Source: an uncultured archaeon | GTDB lineage: Archaea > Aenigmatarchaeota > Aenigmatarchaeia > QMZP01 > JAFGSV01 | Direction of reading: 5' to 3' | Assembly (NCBI GenBank): GCA_964442905.1 | Contig: CAYUBD010000001.1 | Location: 1 to 49,841 of the forward strand | DNA length: 49,841 bases | Part shown: positions 1 through 8,950 of the stretch, in pieces | Layout: the number at the start of each line of letters is the position of its first letter | How positions within the stretch are numbered: position 1 is the stretch's first letter | The notes under the pieces: model-generated | Told to the model about the DNA's origin: nothing | The model's database searches: none | What the model saw: the letters and a program-made list of their open reading frames with translations, nothing else | Translations under genes and position numbers: made by a program

Positions 1-112
1 CGTTGCAATGGTTTTCATCATCAGAAAGATGGAAAGACGGTTGTTCTGAAACTACATTTGTGTTTTTGGTTACAAGCTTTTTACCAGAAGCGGAAGCTCT
101 AAAAAGCCTGTA

Positions 113-1783
113 TTACATCTTCCCCGGAGCTTCTATCCCGAGAAGCTCCAGCGCGTTCCTCAAAGTTATACGAACTGCGTCCACGAGAGCCAGCCTTGCG
201 GCCATCTCCTTCTTCTCAGCCTTTATCACAGGAACGAACTGGTAGAACTCGTTGAACGTGTCGCACAATTCGTACGTGTAAGTGGCTATGTAATGGGGCC
301 TCATCTCGCGTCCTGCTTTTCCCACAAGCTCAGGGAATGCAGAAAGCTTCTTGATTACAGCGACTTCTTTCTCTCCGTTCAGTGCCGAAGCGTCGTACGC
401 AGGCCTTTTACCGGCCTTCCTCAGAATCGAGCAGCATCTCGCATGCGTGTACTGGAGGTAAGGCGCGTTGTTGCCTTCAAAGCTCAGTGCCCTCTCCCAG
501 TCGAATACTATGGTCTTCTCGGGAGAGACCTTGACCATGTCGTACTTGAGCGCTCCGAGCGCCACAATCCTTGCCGTCTTCTCAAGCTCACTCTTCGAGA
601 GCTTCGGGTTCTTCACTCTGGTTATCTTCCTGGCAGCCTCCAGCATCTTCTCCTTGAGATCCTCATACAGTATGACCTGCCCTTCCCTGGATTTCATCTT
701 CCCTGACTCCAGGTTCACAAGCCCGTAAGAAAGGTGATACTCCTTTTTGGCTATGGGCGATTTCATGATATCAAGGCTCTTGAACAGCTGCCTGAAGTGG
801 AGGTCCTGCTCGGAACCGACCACGTGTATTATCTTCGCGGGCTTGTACTCCCTGTCCTGCATCTGCGCCAGTATGAAGTCCTTTATGGAGTAAAGGGGCG
901 TATCGTCCTGAGTAAGCAGCACGTAGATGCCAAGACCGTACTTCTCGAGATCCATCACTATTGCGCCATCGCTCTCTTTCGCTGTTCCCTTCTTTTCGAG
1001 CTCTTTGGCCAGCTTTATGCCCGGACCCTCTACTTCGCTCTCGAAATATAAACGGTCGAATTTGATGCCGAAATCCCTGTACACGTCCTCAAAATAGTCA
1101 AGGCTCCATTTCCTGGTCTTCTTCCACAATGCTAAAAGGTCTTTCTTTCCCGCATAAAGGTTTTTGTTTATCTCCTTTATCTGGAGCTCTACCTTGTAGT
1201 TGGTCGCCTCCTTGCTCGCTTTCGCATACACTTTACCGAGCCATTCACCTTTCCCGTCTTCGGGTTCTTTCAAACCCAGGTTCAGCAGACCCCATATACA
1301 CCTTGCAACGTGCGGTCCTATGTCACCCTGGTAATTGACCCTTTTGATATCATAGCCCGCGAATGACATGGTCCTTGAAAGCGCCTCCCCGAGAGTCAGG
1401 TTCCTGGCATGGCCTATGTGAAGCGCCTTGTGCGTGTTGGGATGCGCGAACTCTATCATCATGCGCTCCTTCTTCTTTCCGGACCCGTAGCACCTGTCTT
1501 CCCTGAGCGCCTTGTCCATAACCTTCCCGCCGAGCTTCTCCCAGTCAGCGAAGAAGTTGACGTAAGGTCCCATGGATTTCACTTCCTTGACAGCACCGGA
1601 CGCTTTCATCTTCTTTTCAAGTACCGAAGCTATCTCGACAGGGTTCCTTCCATTCTTCCTGGCCAGCTCGAAGCAGGGAAAAGCCAGGTCGCCCATCTCT
1701 GGTTTCGGCGGCTCCTCGATAAGGGAAACGTCCAGCTTTGCCTTCTTCAGTAACTTCTCAACGTCAGTCCTCAGAAGCTGCAT
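113..1783 (-). CDS. argS: Arginine--tRNA ligase
   Basis: 556-aa ORF. Class-I HIGH signature in 'AHPNTHKALHIGHARN', a KMSKS-like 'GKMKSREG' loop, and length and C-terminal helical anticodon-binding region typical of ArgRS. Confidence 0.93.
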   Translation of the reverse strand: MQLLRTDVEKLLKKAKLDVSLIEEPPKPEMGDLAFPCFELARKNGRNPVEIASVLEKKMKASGAVKEVKSMGPYVNFFADWEKLGGKVMDKALREDRCYGSGKKKERMMIEFAHPNTHKALHIGHARNLTLGEALSRTMSFAGYDIKRVNYQGDIGPHVARCIWGLLNLGLKEPEDGKGEWLGKVYAKASKEATNYKVELQIKEINKNLYAGKKDLLALWKKTRKWSLDYFEDVYRDFGIKFDRLYFESEVEGPGIKLAKELEKKGTAKESDGAIVMDLEKYGLGIYVLLTQDDTPLYSIKDFILAQMQDREYKPAKIIHVVGSEQDLHFRQLFKSLDIMKSPIAKKEYHLSYGLVNLESGKMKSREGQVILYEDLKEKMLEAARKITRVKNPKLSKSELEKTARIVALGALKYDMVKVSPEKTIVFDWERALSFEGNNAPYLQYTHARCCSILRKAGKRPAYDASALNGEKEVAVIKKLSAFPELVGKAGREMRPHYIATYTYELCDTFNEFYQFVPVIKAEKKEMAARLALVDAVRITLRNALELLGIEAPGKM

Positions 1784-1843
1784 GGTATCACTATATGCTT
1801 TATTTGAGCCCGGAATTTAAATGTTGGGCGCCAAGAGAAAGGA

Positions 1844-2059
1844 CTAATCCTGCTTATTCTCACGTCTGGCCTTTCTGACCAGAAAACTTCTCTGCCTGAG
1901 AGCATCCATGTATTTCATATCCATTGCACCCGAGTCAAAATCATCACTGTTGAGAAGCATGTTGTATCTTTTATTGTAACGTGCATCGTTTTCATTGAAC
2001 TCTTCCAATGTTTTGGCTTTTTCCATCTCATTGATGTAACCTATAAGCACTTTTGGCAT
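1844..2059 (-). CDS. Hypothetical small protein (71 aa)
   Basis: ORF only. It lies in an AT-rich stretch and has no recognisable motif. Confidence 0.35.
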   Translation of the reverse strand: MPKVLIGYINEMEKAKTLEEFNENDARYNKRYNMLLNSDDFDSGAMDMKYMDALRQRSFLVRKARRENKQD

Positions 2060-2210
2060 ATTTTGTCTTGTTAGGAAACTTTTAAAAACAGTGAATGTGC
2101 CCGGAATTCAAAATTGAGAAGATTGATTGATACTGTTCGTGTTACTAAAAAATAGCAGTTAAAAATCCATTTAAAAAGCTTTTTCTTTGTATTGACAATA
2201 ACTGACGCAT

Positions 2211-2600
2211 ATGAACATCCTACAAGAGCATTTGGGAGAGATGGAGAACTTGGGGCATTCCCCGAGCAGGTACGCACCCAAGAGCCTCGCTTATTACCTG
2301 AGGACAGCATTTTCTAATCTTACAGGCTACCATTGCAACCAGTTCAGGAAGGTAAAGGAAAGCGACGTCATCGAGCACGTCCCGCAGAAAGAGAGTCTCT
2401 ATCCCAAAGACCTCGTGAACGAAAACATAGATGCCGGGAATTTTCTTTTTAATATCAATATCAACGAAGCGTCGCGTGTATGCATAGATGCAATTGATCT
2501 CAATAAAAAATACGATGCAGGTCTCGATGATGAAATATGCTTTCTCACTAGAAAGATTTTAGACACGTACGGCCGCCTCGCAATAGCGAAAAAGTCATAG
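2211..2600 (+). CDS. Hypothetical protein (129 aa)
   Basis: ORF with an ATG start, preceded by an AT-rich divergent promoter-like region (2060-2210). No recognisable motif. Confidence 0.4.
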   Translation: MNILQEHLGEMENLGHSPSRYAPKSLAYYLRTAFSNLTGYHCNQFRKVKESDVIEHVPQKESLYPKDLVNENIDAGNFLFNININEASRVCIDAIDLNKKYDAGLDDEICFLTRKILDTYGRLAIAKKS

Positions 2601-2626
2601 GACCTCAGACACCGTGAAGATTACAA

Positions 2627-2777
2627 TGGGCCCGGCCGGAATCTCGCCCTTCCGTACGAATACGGAAGTGATTCGAACCGGCGATTCCCGCCATTTTGCA
2701 ACCGTTTCCGTTAACGCTTTGCGCGAAGCGGAAAGGGTTACGTCAAGGCGATGTCATAGCCACTAGACCACGGGCCC
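2627..2777 (-). tRNA. tRNA-Val (anticodon GAC) interrupted by two introns
   Basis: Cloverleaf read by eye on the minus strand. Acceptor GGGCCCG/CGGGCCC plus discriminator A. D arm GUCU-AGUGGCUA-UGAC. Anticodon stem UCGCC/GGCGG with loop UUGACG(U). T arm GCCGG-UUCGAAU-CCGGC. The fold requires excising a 47-nt insert after position 37 (window 2694-2740) and a 31-nt insert at T-arm position 60/61 (window 2640-2670). Mature length is 73 nt and no CCA is encoded. Confidence 0.8.
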
Positions 2778-2800
2778 TCAGGTATATAATGAATATGTTA

Positions 2801-2810
2801 TTTTTATAAA
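2801..2810 (-). promoter_or_regulatory. TATA box for the tRNA-Val gene
   Basis: The minus strand reads TTTATAAAAA, 24-33 nt upstream of the tRNA 5' end (2777). This is typical archaeal TATA spacing. Confidence 0.5.
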
Positions 2811-2814
2811 TATC

Positions 2815-4098
2815 TTACTCTTTCGCCAGATACGCTACCTTGCCATTGATTATGGTTGCCTTGCATCGTCCGGGGAAGTTCATCCCCTCGTATGGGCTCC
2901 ATCCACACTTTGTTTTCAGGTCCTTTCTTTCAACGGTCTCGGGGCGCATGTCGAGAAGCGTGAGATTCGCTTCGTTTCCGGCCTTTATTTCCCTCCCCGG
3001 CAGTTTGAATGCCTTCACGGCATTGAATGACGTGATGTTAACAAGGTTATCGAACGGCATTCTGAAATGGATGTTAAGCGCAGCTATGAAGTTGGCGTAA
3101 TTGTCAAGTCCGGGCAGGCCTGAAAAGAACGGGGCATTCAGCTTCTCGCTGAGCCTGTGCGGGGCGTGGTCGGTCTCTATCCAGTCTATGTTGCCGTCAT
3201 ACAGCTCTTTCACAAGCGCCTGCACCTTTTCCCTCTTCCTGAGAGGAGGATTCACCTTGTAGTACAGCCCGCGGGACCTGTTCTGCATGGATTCATAGCT
3301 CAGCAGCAGATGATGCGGGGTTGCGCCGCACGAGACCTTCACGTTTCTGGCGCCATTGGCAAGGCTTACGGTTTCCGGCAGACTCGAATGACATATGTGC
3401 AGTTTACCCTTAAATCCGGACTTTACGGCAAAATCTATCTGATCCCTTACTGATTCCGTCTCGGCTGACGGGGACCTGATGTCGCACCATGTCTCCGGTC
3501 TGTTCACGCTCCATACCTTATTTTTGCATTTAGACATCTTTTCACAGTGGACCATTAGAATGCCCTTATAGCCGAGCCTGGCGAGCGTCTTGTAGACGAG
3601 AGCCTGGTCTTTCGGGTCCGTCAGCTGAAGATTGCCTGTGGATTCACCTGCGTACATCTTGAGGCCGACGACCTCATCGTACCTGCTCACGGCTTCGACG
3701 GCTTCCCTTATCTGTGCCTGCCTGCATGTGACGCCGCAGTAAATGCCGTATTCCACGGGTGTCCTGCTTTTCCTGTAAGTCTCAATCCTCTTTTCAACAT
3801 CCGTATGATGAAGTATGGGAGGGGATGTGTTCGGCATGTCGTGCATCCTTGTAACGCCTCCGTGCATTGCAGCCTCTCCTGCTGTCTTTATGGTCTCTTC
3901 TCCAGATTGGTTCCAGTCCCTGCAGTGCACATGCGGGTCTATGAAGCCCGGCATTATCACGTCCGCGGTTATGTCGGCCTTCTCAGAGAAATTGGTCAGC
4001 CTGTATATCTTGCCGTCGTGTATCTCAACGTACGCGTTCGTATGAATCTTTCCGGGTCCGCACACGACAGTCTTGCCGTGAAGTACAAGCTTGCTCAT
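2815..4098 (-). CDS. pyrC: Dihydroorotase (amidohydrolase superfamily)
   Basis: HxH metal motif 'DPHVHCRD' and a C-terminal 'DHAPH'. Its start overlaps the pyrK stop by 4 nt, downstream of pyrD-pyrK. Confidence 0.85.
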   Translation of the reverse strand: MSKLVLHGKTVVCGPGKIHTNAYVEIHDGKIYRLTNFSEKADITADVIMPGFIDPHVHCRDWNQSGEETIKTAGEAAMHGGVTRMHDMPNTSPPILHHTDVEKRIETYRKSRTPVEYGIYCGVTCRQAQIREAVEAVSRYDEVVGLKMYAGESTGNLQLTDPKDQALVYKTLARLGYKGILMVHCEKMSKCKNKVWSVNRPETWCDIRSPSAETESVRDQIDFAVKSGFKGKLHICHSSLPETVSLANGARNVKVSCGATPHHLLLSYESMQNRSRGLYYKVNPPLRKREKVQALVKELYDGNIDWIETDHAPHRLSEKLNAPFFSGLPGLDNYANFIAALNIHFRMPFDNLVNITSFNAVKAFKLPGREIKAGNEANLTLLDMRPETVERKDLKTKCGWSPYEGMNFPGRCKATIINGKVAYLAKE

Positions 4099-4886
4099 AA
4101 TTTCACCTTCTTGCCGCTTCCGTCCCTTTTGTAATGGCCGAATTCCGTCACCTTCTTCAGCTCTTCAAGCGTGAAGACAGGGCCTTCCTTGCATACCCTC
4201 CATCCTGTCGGATCGAGAACGCACGAGCCGCAGACACCGAAGCCGCATTTCATGTACCTCTCAAGCGAGAATTCCGCTGGTATGCCCGCATCCATGCATA
4301 TCCGGAACACCTCGGTCATCATCTTCTCAGGACCGCAGCAGCAGACGTAATCTACGCTACCATTTGTGATGACTTCGGTCAGGCATTCCGTGCAGAAGCC
4401 CTTGTGCCCGAACGAGCCGTCATCAGTCGCATATGATGTCTTCACCTTGCTGCCACTGAAGCGTTTCCTGTAAAGCAGCAGATCCTTGGTAGCCGCACCT
4501 GTTATGAGTAACACGTCCCTGCCTTTTCCGGACATGACATCAGCCAGGAACGCGATAGGCGCCGTGCCGTATCCGCCTCCGACAAGGGCGACCCGCTGAC
4601 CTTTGCCGGAAAATGCCCGCCCGTAAGGTCCCTGGATGCCTACCTTCCCGCCAATCTTCATGCCAAAGAGTTTTTCCGTGAACCTGCCCACATTCCGTAC
4701 AGTGAGCGCGAACCTGTCATTTTCCTGGTAAGAGACACCGAAAGGCTTCTGCCCGGCCCCGGGTATCCAGAGCATCACGAACTGCCCGGGTTTTGCGTCA
4801 ATGCTCCCGTTGAACCAGAAGCTCCTGGTGTCCCTGGCCTCCTTCTCTACCTTCTCTATCTCAAACATCACTGGCTTTTCACTCAT
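4095..4886 (-). CDS. pyrK: Dihydroorotate dehydrogenase electron-transfer subunit
   Basis: FAD/NAD-binding fold ('RVALVGGGYGTAP') and a C-terminal 2Fe-2S motif 'CGFGVCGSCV'. The start is set at the ATG at 4886 (MSEKPVMFEI); the track ORF extends to 4901. Confidence 0.85.
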   Translation of the reverse strand: MSEKPVMFEIEKVEKEARDTRSFWFNGSIDAKPGQFVMLWIPGAGQKPFGVSYQENDRFALTVRNVGRFTEKLFGMKIGGKVGIQGPYGRAFSGKGQRVALVGGGYGTAPIAFLADVMSGKGRDVLLITGAATKDLLLYRKRFSGSKVKTSYATDDGSFGHKGFCTECLTEVITNGSVDYVCCCGPEKMMTEVFRICMDAGIPAEFSLERYMKCGFGVCGSCVLDPTGWRVCKEGPVFTLEELKKVTEFGHYKRDGSGKKVKL

Positions 4887-5793
4887 GCGCAATCCCGACA
4901 ATATCCTTTATCTTTGAGTAGCCCTCTTCCTTCATGAATGCCGAAAGCTCCTCCGTAATCTTTCTGAAGACGTCAATGCCCCGGTAGTGGACAGCAGAGC
5001 CGACTCCTATGGCTGACGCGCCGGCCATGAGCATCTCCGCAGCGTCCATCCCCGTAGTGACGCCGCCGGTTCCTATGACCGGAATGTCCACGGCTTCGTA
5101 GACATCGTAGACGCATCTGACAGCTATGGGCTTTATCGCAGGTCCTGACAGGCCGCCGAACCCGAAGCTGAGCACGGGTTTTTTAGCTTTCGTCTCTATC
5201 ATCATGCCCGGGCCGGCCGTGTTTCCCATGTTGATGGCGTCCGCTCCTGCACTCTCTGCCGCTTTTGCGACCTCCCCGAGCGCCTGTATGCTCGGTGAAA
5301 GCTTGACTATCACAGGGAGCTTCGTGTTCTCTTTCACTGCGGCCGTTATATCGTGAGTGGACTCGGGTGTCCCCTGTCCTGCAAGCATGCCGTAGCCTGG
5401 CGTATGCGGGCATGATAGCGGGATTTCAACAGCCGCGAATTCTCCCGGAAGGAAATTCCCAGCCATGTATGCGAATTCTTCCGCATCAGCCCCTATGATG
5501 CTCGCAATCACCGGAGCGCCGACTTCCCTGAGCCCGCTGAATTCCTTCATGGCTTCCCTGAGCCCTGGGTTCGAATATCCGACAGCGTTTATCATGACTT
5601 CTCCGTCGGTCTGCACTATCGGCGCATCATGCCCCTTTCTCGGCTCCCTGCTGATGGACTTTATGGTGACTGCACCTGCGCCGTTTCCAACCATATTTTT
5701 CAGCGACGCTTTCGTGACACCCATTATTCCCGAAGCCAATATAAGCGGGTTTCGCATCTTCATGCCGCAAAAATTAACTGATAATTCAGGCAT
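4879..5793 (-). CDS. pyrD: Dihydroorotate dehydrogenase, class 1B catalytic subunit
   Basis: TIM-barrel FMN motifs 'GFGGLSGP' and 'IGTGGV'. Paired with pyrK. Confidence 0.9.
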   Translation of the reverse strand: MPELSVNFCGMKMRNPLILASGIMGVTKASLKNMVGNGAGAVTIKSISREPRKGHDAPIVQTDGEVMINAVGYSNPGLREAMKEFSGLREVGAPVIASIIGADAEEFAYMAGNFLPGEFAAVEIPLSCPHTPGYGMLAGQGTPESTHDITAAVKENTKLPVIVKLSPSIQALGEVAKAAESAGADAINMGNTAGPGMMIETKAKKPVLSFGFGGLSGPAIKPIAVRCVYDVYEAVDIPVIGTGGVTTGMDAAEMLMAGASAIGVGSAVHYRGIDVFRKITEELSAFMKEEGYSKIKDIVGIAHE

Positions 5794-5873
5794 ACTATTT
5801 TCTTATTGCGATAATATAAAACATATATTTGCCAATCATTTTTTTAAACTGCTTTTCTATAATTCTAATCCTT

Positions 5874-7907
5874 ATGTCTAAAACAGACGAACGTGATATG
5901 GACGTGAAGCCGGATGAAGTCGAAAAGCTCAGGCTTTTTCTTAATGATGACTACGGAAAGGAACTGTACAAGGCATCCGAGGAGGAGATACCCCTCATCG
6001 TTGATTTCAGAAGGCTGGACAGGAAATTCAGCGAACTGTCCCAGATACTGCTTGAAAGGCCCGAATATTTCATCAGGATGACCAAGACAGCCGTGGACGG
6101 CATAGACCTCCCGGGTCCGGTGAGAGTGAGATTCTCCGGTCTGCCTGAGACAAGCACGGTCAGCATCCGTGACCTCAGGTCAAAGCATATAGGAAAGTTC
6201 ATATGCGTTGAGGGCATTGTGAGGAGAGCGTCGGAGATAAGGCCTGAAATTGTTGCGATTGACTGGAAGTGCTATGAATGCGACCATGTGACAAGGCATC
6301 CAGTGAACGGGACTTTCATTTCGAAGCCATTCAGGTGCGGGAATGTAATTGAAGGCAAATCATGCGACGGGAAGGCATTCTCTGAAGAGAACAAGGTGAT
6401 GATTGATGCACGCTGGGTCACGATAGAGGAGCCGTTCGAACTCACGGAGGGAGAGAAGCCTTCCCAGGTCAATGTATGGCTCAGTGAAGATCTCGTGTCT
6501 CCGGATGGCAGGAGGATGACGGATCCGGGCAACCGGCTCAAGATGCTGGGCATACTGAAGGAAGTGCCTAAAGGCAAGATAGGATCTGTCAAGCTGGATT
6601 TCTTCATGGACGCGAATAACGTCGAACCAACGGAGACCACGTGGGAGAGGCTCAAGATAAGCAAGAAGGAGGAGGAACAGATACAAGAGTTCGCAAGGGA
6701 CCCGATGATATATGAGAAACTGGTGGATTCCATGGCGCCTTCGCTTTACGGCCTCCGTCATATAAAGGAGTCGATAATACTCCAGCTTTTCGGCGGGGTT
6801 CAGAGGAAGCTGCCGGACGGCACTCACTTCAGGGGCGACATACACATACTCATAATAGGTGACCCTTCGTCCGGTAAGTCTCAGCTGCTTAAGCTGGTTC
6901 CGGAGATTGTGCCGCGCGGACGATATGTTTCAGGGAAGGGGGTCACTGGTGCCGGATTGACCGCAACCGTTACCAAGGATGAGCAGTTCATGGGCGGCTG
7001 GGTCCTTGAAGCAGGAGCGCTTGTGCTCACCAACAAGGGTCTTCTCGCCATAGACGAGTTCGAGAAGATGAACACCGATGATCAGGTGGCCATGCATGAA
7101 GCGTTGGAGCAGGGCACCATCAGTATCGCGAAGGCCAGCATAGTTGCAACATTGCCTGCGAAGACGTCCGTTCTTGCGGGCGGCAATCCGAAGTTCTCAA
7201 GGTTCGATCCCATGAGGAGCATAAGCGAGCAGATAGACATCCCGCCAACGCTGCTTAGCAGGTTCGACCTCAAGTTCACTCTGAGGGACGTTCCCGACGG
7301 CAAGGTTGACAGGAAGATAGTCGAGCACGTCCTGAAGAGCAGGCACGAGGCTGATCTTATTAAACCTGCCATATCACCCGACCTCGTAAGGAAGTATGTG
7401 GCCTACGCGAAGGAGAGGCAAACCCCGCAGTTGACACCGGAGGTGAGCAAACTTCTGAAGAATTTCTATGTAAAGACAAGGTCAAGGGCAGAAGGCGGGG
7501 GACCGGTTCCCATCACGCTTAGGCAGTTCGAGGCCCTTATGAGGCTTGCAGAGGCTTCTGCCAAGATACGGCTTTCCGACGAGATAACCAAGGACGACGC
7601 CAACAGGGCCATAAGGCTCATGAAGGACTCGCTCAAGGATCTCGGTTACGACACAGAAACCGGTGAGATAGACATCGACAGGAGTGAGGGAGGAACGTCC
7701 TTCAGCGAGAGGTCCAGGATAACCACTATACTGAACCTTATAGACAAGCTTTCAGGCGATGCGAATGACATAGTGCCTCTCGGAAAGCTGAGGGAGGCCG
7801 CAGCTAAGGACGGCATAGATTCCGCTGAAGTGGATGAGGTAATCGACAGGCTCAAGAGGGAAGGAATTCTATTCGAGCCAAACCCGGGATACGTCCAGAG
7901 GCCTTAG
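5874..7907 (+). CDS. mcm: MCM replicative helicase
   Basis: Zn motif 'CYECDH...CGN...CDG', Walker A 'GDPSSGKSQ', Walker B 'AIDEFEKM', and Arg finger 'SRFDL'. The start is set at the ATG at 5874 (MSKTDERD). No intein is present. Confidence 0.95.
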   Translation: MSKTDERDMDVKPDEVEKLRLFLNDDYGKELYKASEEEIPLIVDFRRLDRKFSELSQILLERPEYFIRMTKTAVDGIDLPGPVRVRFSGLPETSTVSIRDLRSKHIGKFICVEGIVRRASEIRPEIVAIDWKCYECDHVTRHPVNGTFISKPFRCGNVIEGKSCDGKAFSEENKVMIDARWVTIEEPFELTEGEKPSQVNVWLSEDLVSPDGRRMTDPGNRLKMLGILKEVPKGKIGSVKLDFFMDANNVEPTETTWERLKISKKEEEQIQEFARDPMIYEKLVDSMAPSLYGLRHIKESIILQLFGGVQRKLPDGTHFRGDIHILIIGDPSSGKSQLLKLVPEIVPRGRYVSGKGVTGAGLTATVTKDEQFMGGWVLEAGALVLTNKGLLAIDEFEKMNTDDQVAMHEALEQGTISIAKASIVATLPAKTSVLAGGNPKFSRFDPMRSISEQIDIPPTLLSRFDLKFTLRDVPDGKVDRKIVEHVLKSRHEADLIKPAISPDLVRKYVAYAKERQTPQLTPEVSKLLKNFYVKTRSRAEGGGPVPITLRQFEALMRLAEASAKIRLSDEITKDDANRAIRLMKDSLKDLGYDTETGEIDIDRSEGGTSFSERSRITTILNLIDKLSGDANDIVPLGKLREAAAKDGIDSAEVDEVIDRLKREGILFEPNPGYVQRP

Positions 7908-7916
7908 AATTGAACG

Positions 7917-7922
7917 TTTTTT
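7917..7922 (+). terminator. Oligo-T tract downstream of mcm
   Basis: TTTTTT lies 10 nt after the mcm stop codon. Archaeal termination commonly uses oligo-T. Confidence 0.35.
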
Positions 7923-7947
7923 AAGCACATAAGTGCAATATAATATT

Positions 7948-8244
7948 ATGAACTGTCCCAAATGCCAGGGCGGGGCTTATCTCGCCGACGAAGACCTTGT
8001 AAAGGTCATGGAAACATCCGCCCCCATGAAGCTTGTCATAAGGCAGACTTTTGTATGCCGTGCCTGTGCAGAGAGGTTCAGCAGGATAGTCTGGGACGAT
8101 TTCGATTCCAGAAAAAAGGACTTGCTGGACTCATCAGATGGCGTCCAGACGGTTTCACTCGCAGAGCAGCGGGTTTCAAGTCCATATTCCCAGCAGACAC
8201 CTGACCAGGCCGCTTCAGGCATCCAGTTCCTTGACAGCGTTTAG
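7948..8244 (+). CDS. Small zinc-ribbon protein (98 aa)
   Basis: Two CxxC pairs (CPKC ... CRAC). The start is set at the ATG at 7948 (MNCPKCQGG). Confidence 0.5.
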   Translation: MNCPKCQGGAYLADEDLVKVMETSAPMKLVIRQTFVCRACAERFSRIVWDDFDSRKKDLLDSSDGVQTVSLAEQRVSSPYSQQTPDQAASGIQFLDSV

Positions 8245-8296
8245 GTGATTGGGACCCATCCCACTGTTTATAAAATTTGGCGTCTTAGATGCTTTT

Positions 8297-8632
8297 ATGA
8301 AGTACTTCTTCAATGAAAATCCTGATGACGGTTTCCAGCATATGAATTATAGCGTGGCAGTGGAACTAATGCCTGGTAGAAGCGGCTACATAACAAAGGT
8401 CGGTTTTTCAAGAAAGGGCCCGGTTTTTCACGACGAACACGATGGTGTCAGAATATTTGATGGCAGCGGTGGGTTTCCGAAAGACATAACATCATGGGAC
8501 GATAGACATTACAGGAAACTCCGCACGAGCTTCGAGTACCCGGAAGATGAGATAAGAGAAATAGTGGACGTCCTTGTGGGTCATTTTGAAAATCTGAACG
8601 ATGCTTCAAAAACTGACAAAACCTTTAAATAA
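8297..8632 (+). CDS. Hypothetical protein (111 aa)
   Basis: ORF. TTTATAAAAT at 8267-8276 lies about 25 nt upstream of the ATG at 8297, which suggests a leaderless transcript. Confidence 0.45.
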   Translation: MKYFFNENPDDGFQHMNYSVAVELMPGRSGYITKVGFSRKGPVFHDEHDGVRIFDGSGGFPKDITSWDDRHYRKLRTSFEYPEDEIREIVDVLVGHFENLNDASKTDKTFK

Positions 8633-8653
8633 TACCCATGAACAATAGTTCAT

Positions 8654-8950
8654 ATGAAAAAATCTTCATATAATAACTTCTTCCTGAACTTTGCCACGCA
8701 ATCGAAGTTCGATATAATCATGGCGCTGAAGGAAGGTCCCCTCAGCGTCACGGAAATAGCAGAAAAACTGGGTGACGAGCAGAGCGCTGTTTCCCATAAC
8801 CTGGGAAAGATGAGCACATGCCATATACTGAATATGAAGAAGGAAGGAAAGCAGCGGATATACTCGCTCAATGCGGATACAGTTATTCCGATACTGAAGA
8901 TTGTTGAAGGTCATGTGAAGAGATGCTGCCTCAGGGGGTGCGAGAGATGA
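8654..8950 (+). CDS. ArsR/SmtB-family wHTH regulator with a C-terminal Cys cluster
   Basis: wHTH core 'LSVTEIAEKLGDEQSAVSHNLGKM' and a C-terminal 'RCCLRGCER'. Its stop overlaps the iscS start (ATGA at 8947-8950). Confidence 0.8.
   Translation: MKKSSYNNFFLNFATQSKFDIIMALKEGPLSVTEIAEKLGDEQSAVSHNLGKMSTCHILNMKKEGKQRIYSLNADTVIPILKIVEGHVKRCCLRGCER

Noticed and set aside
1-21. Possible minus-strand gene start (ATGATGAAAACC...) running off the left edge
   Set aside because: Only about 7 codons are visible, which is too short to support a call.
5794-5873. AT-rich divergent pyrD/mcm intergenic region as a possible replication origin
   Set aside because: It is only 80 bp long, with no ORB-like repeats and no adjacent orc1/cdc6 gene. 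Two back-to-back promoters explain it adequately.
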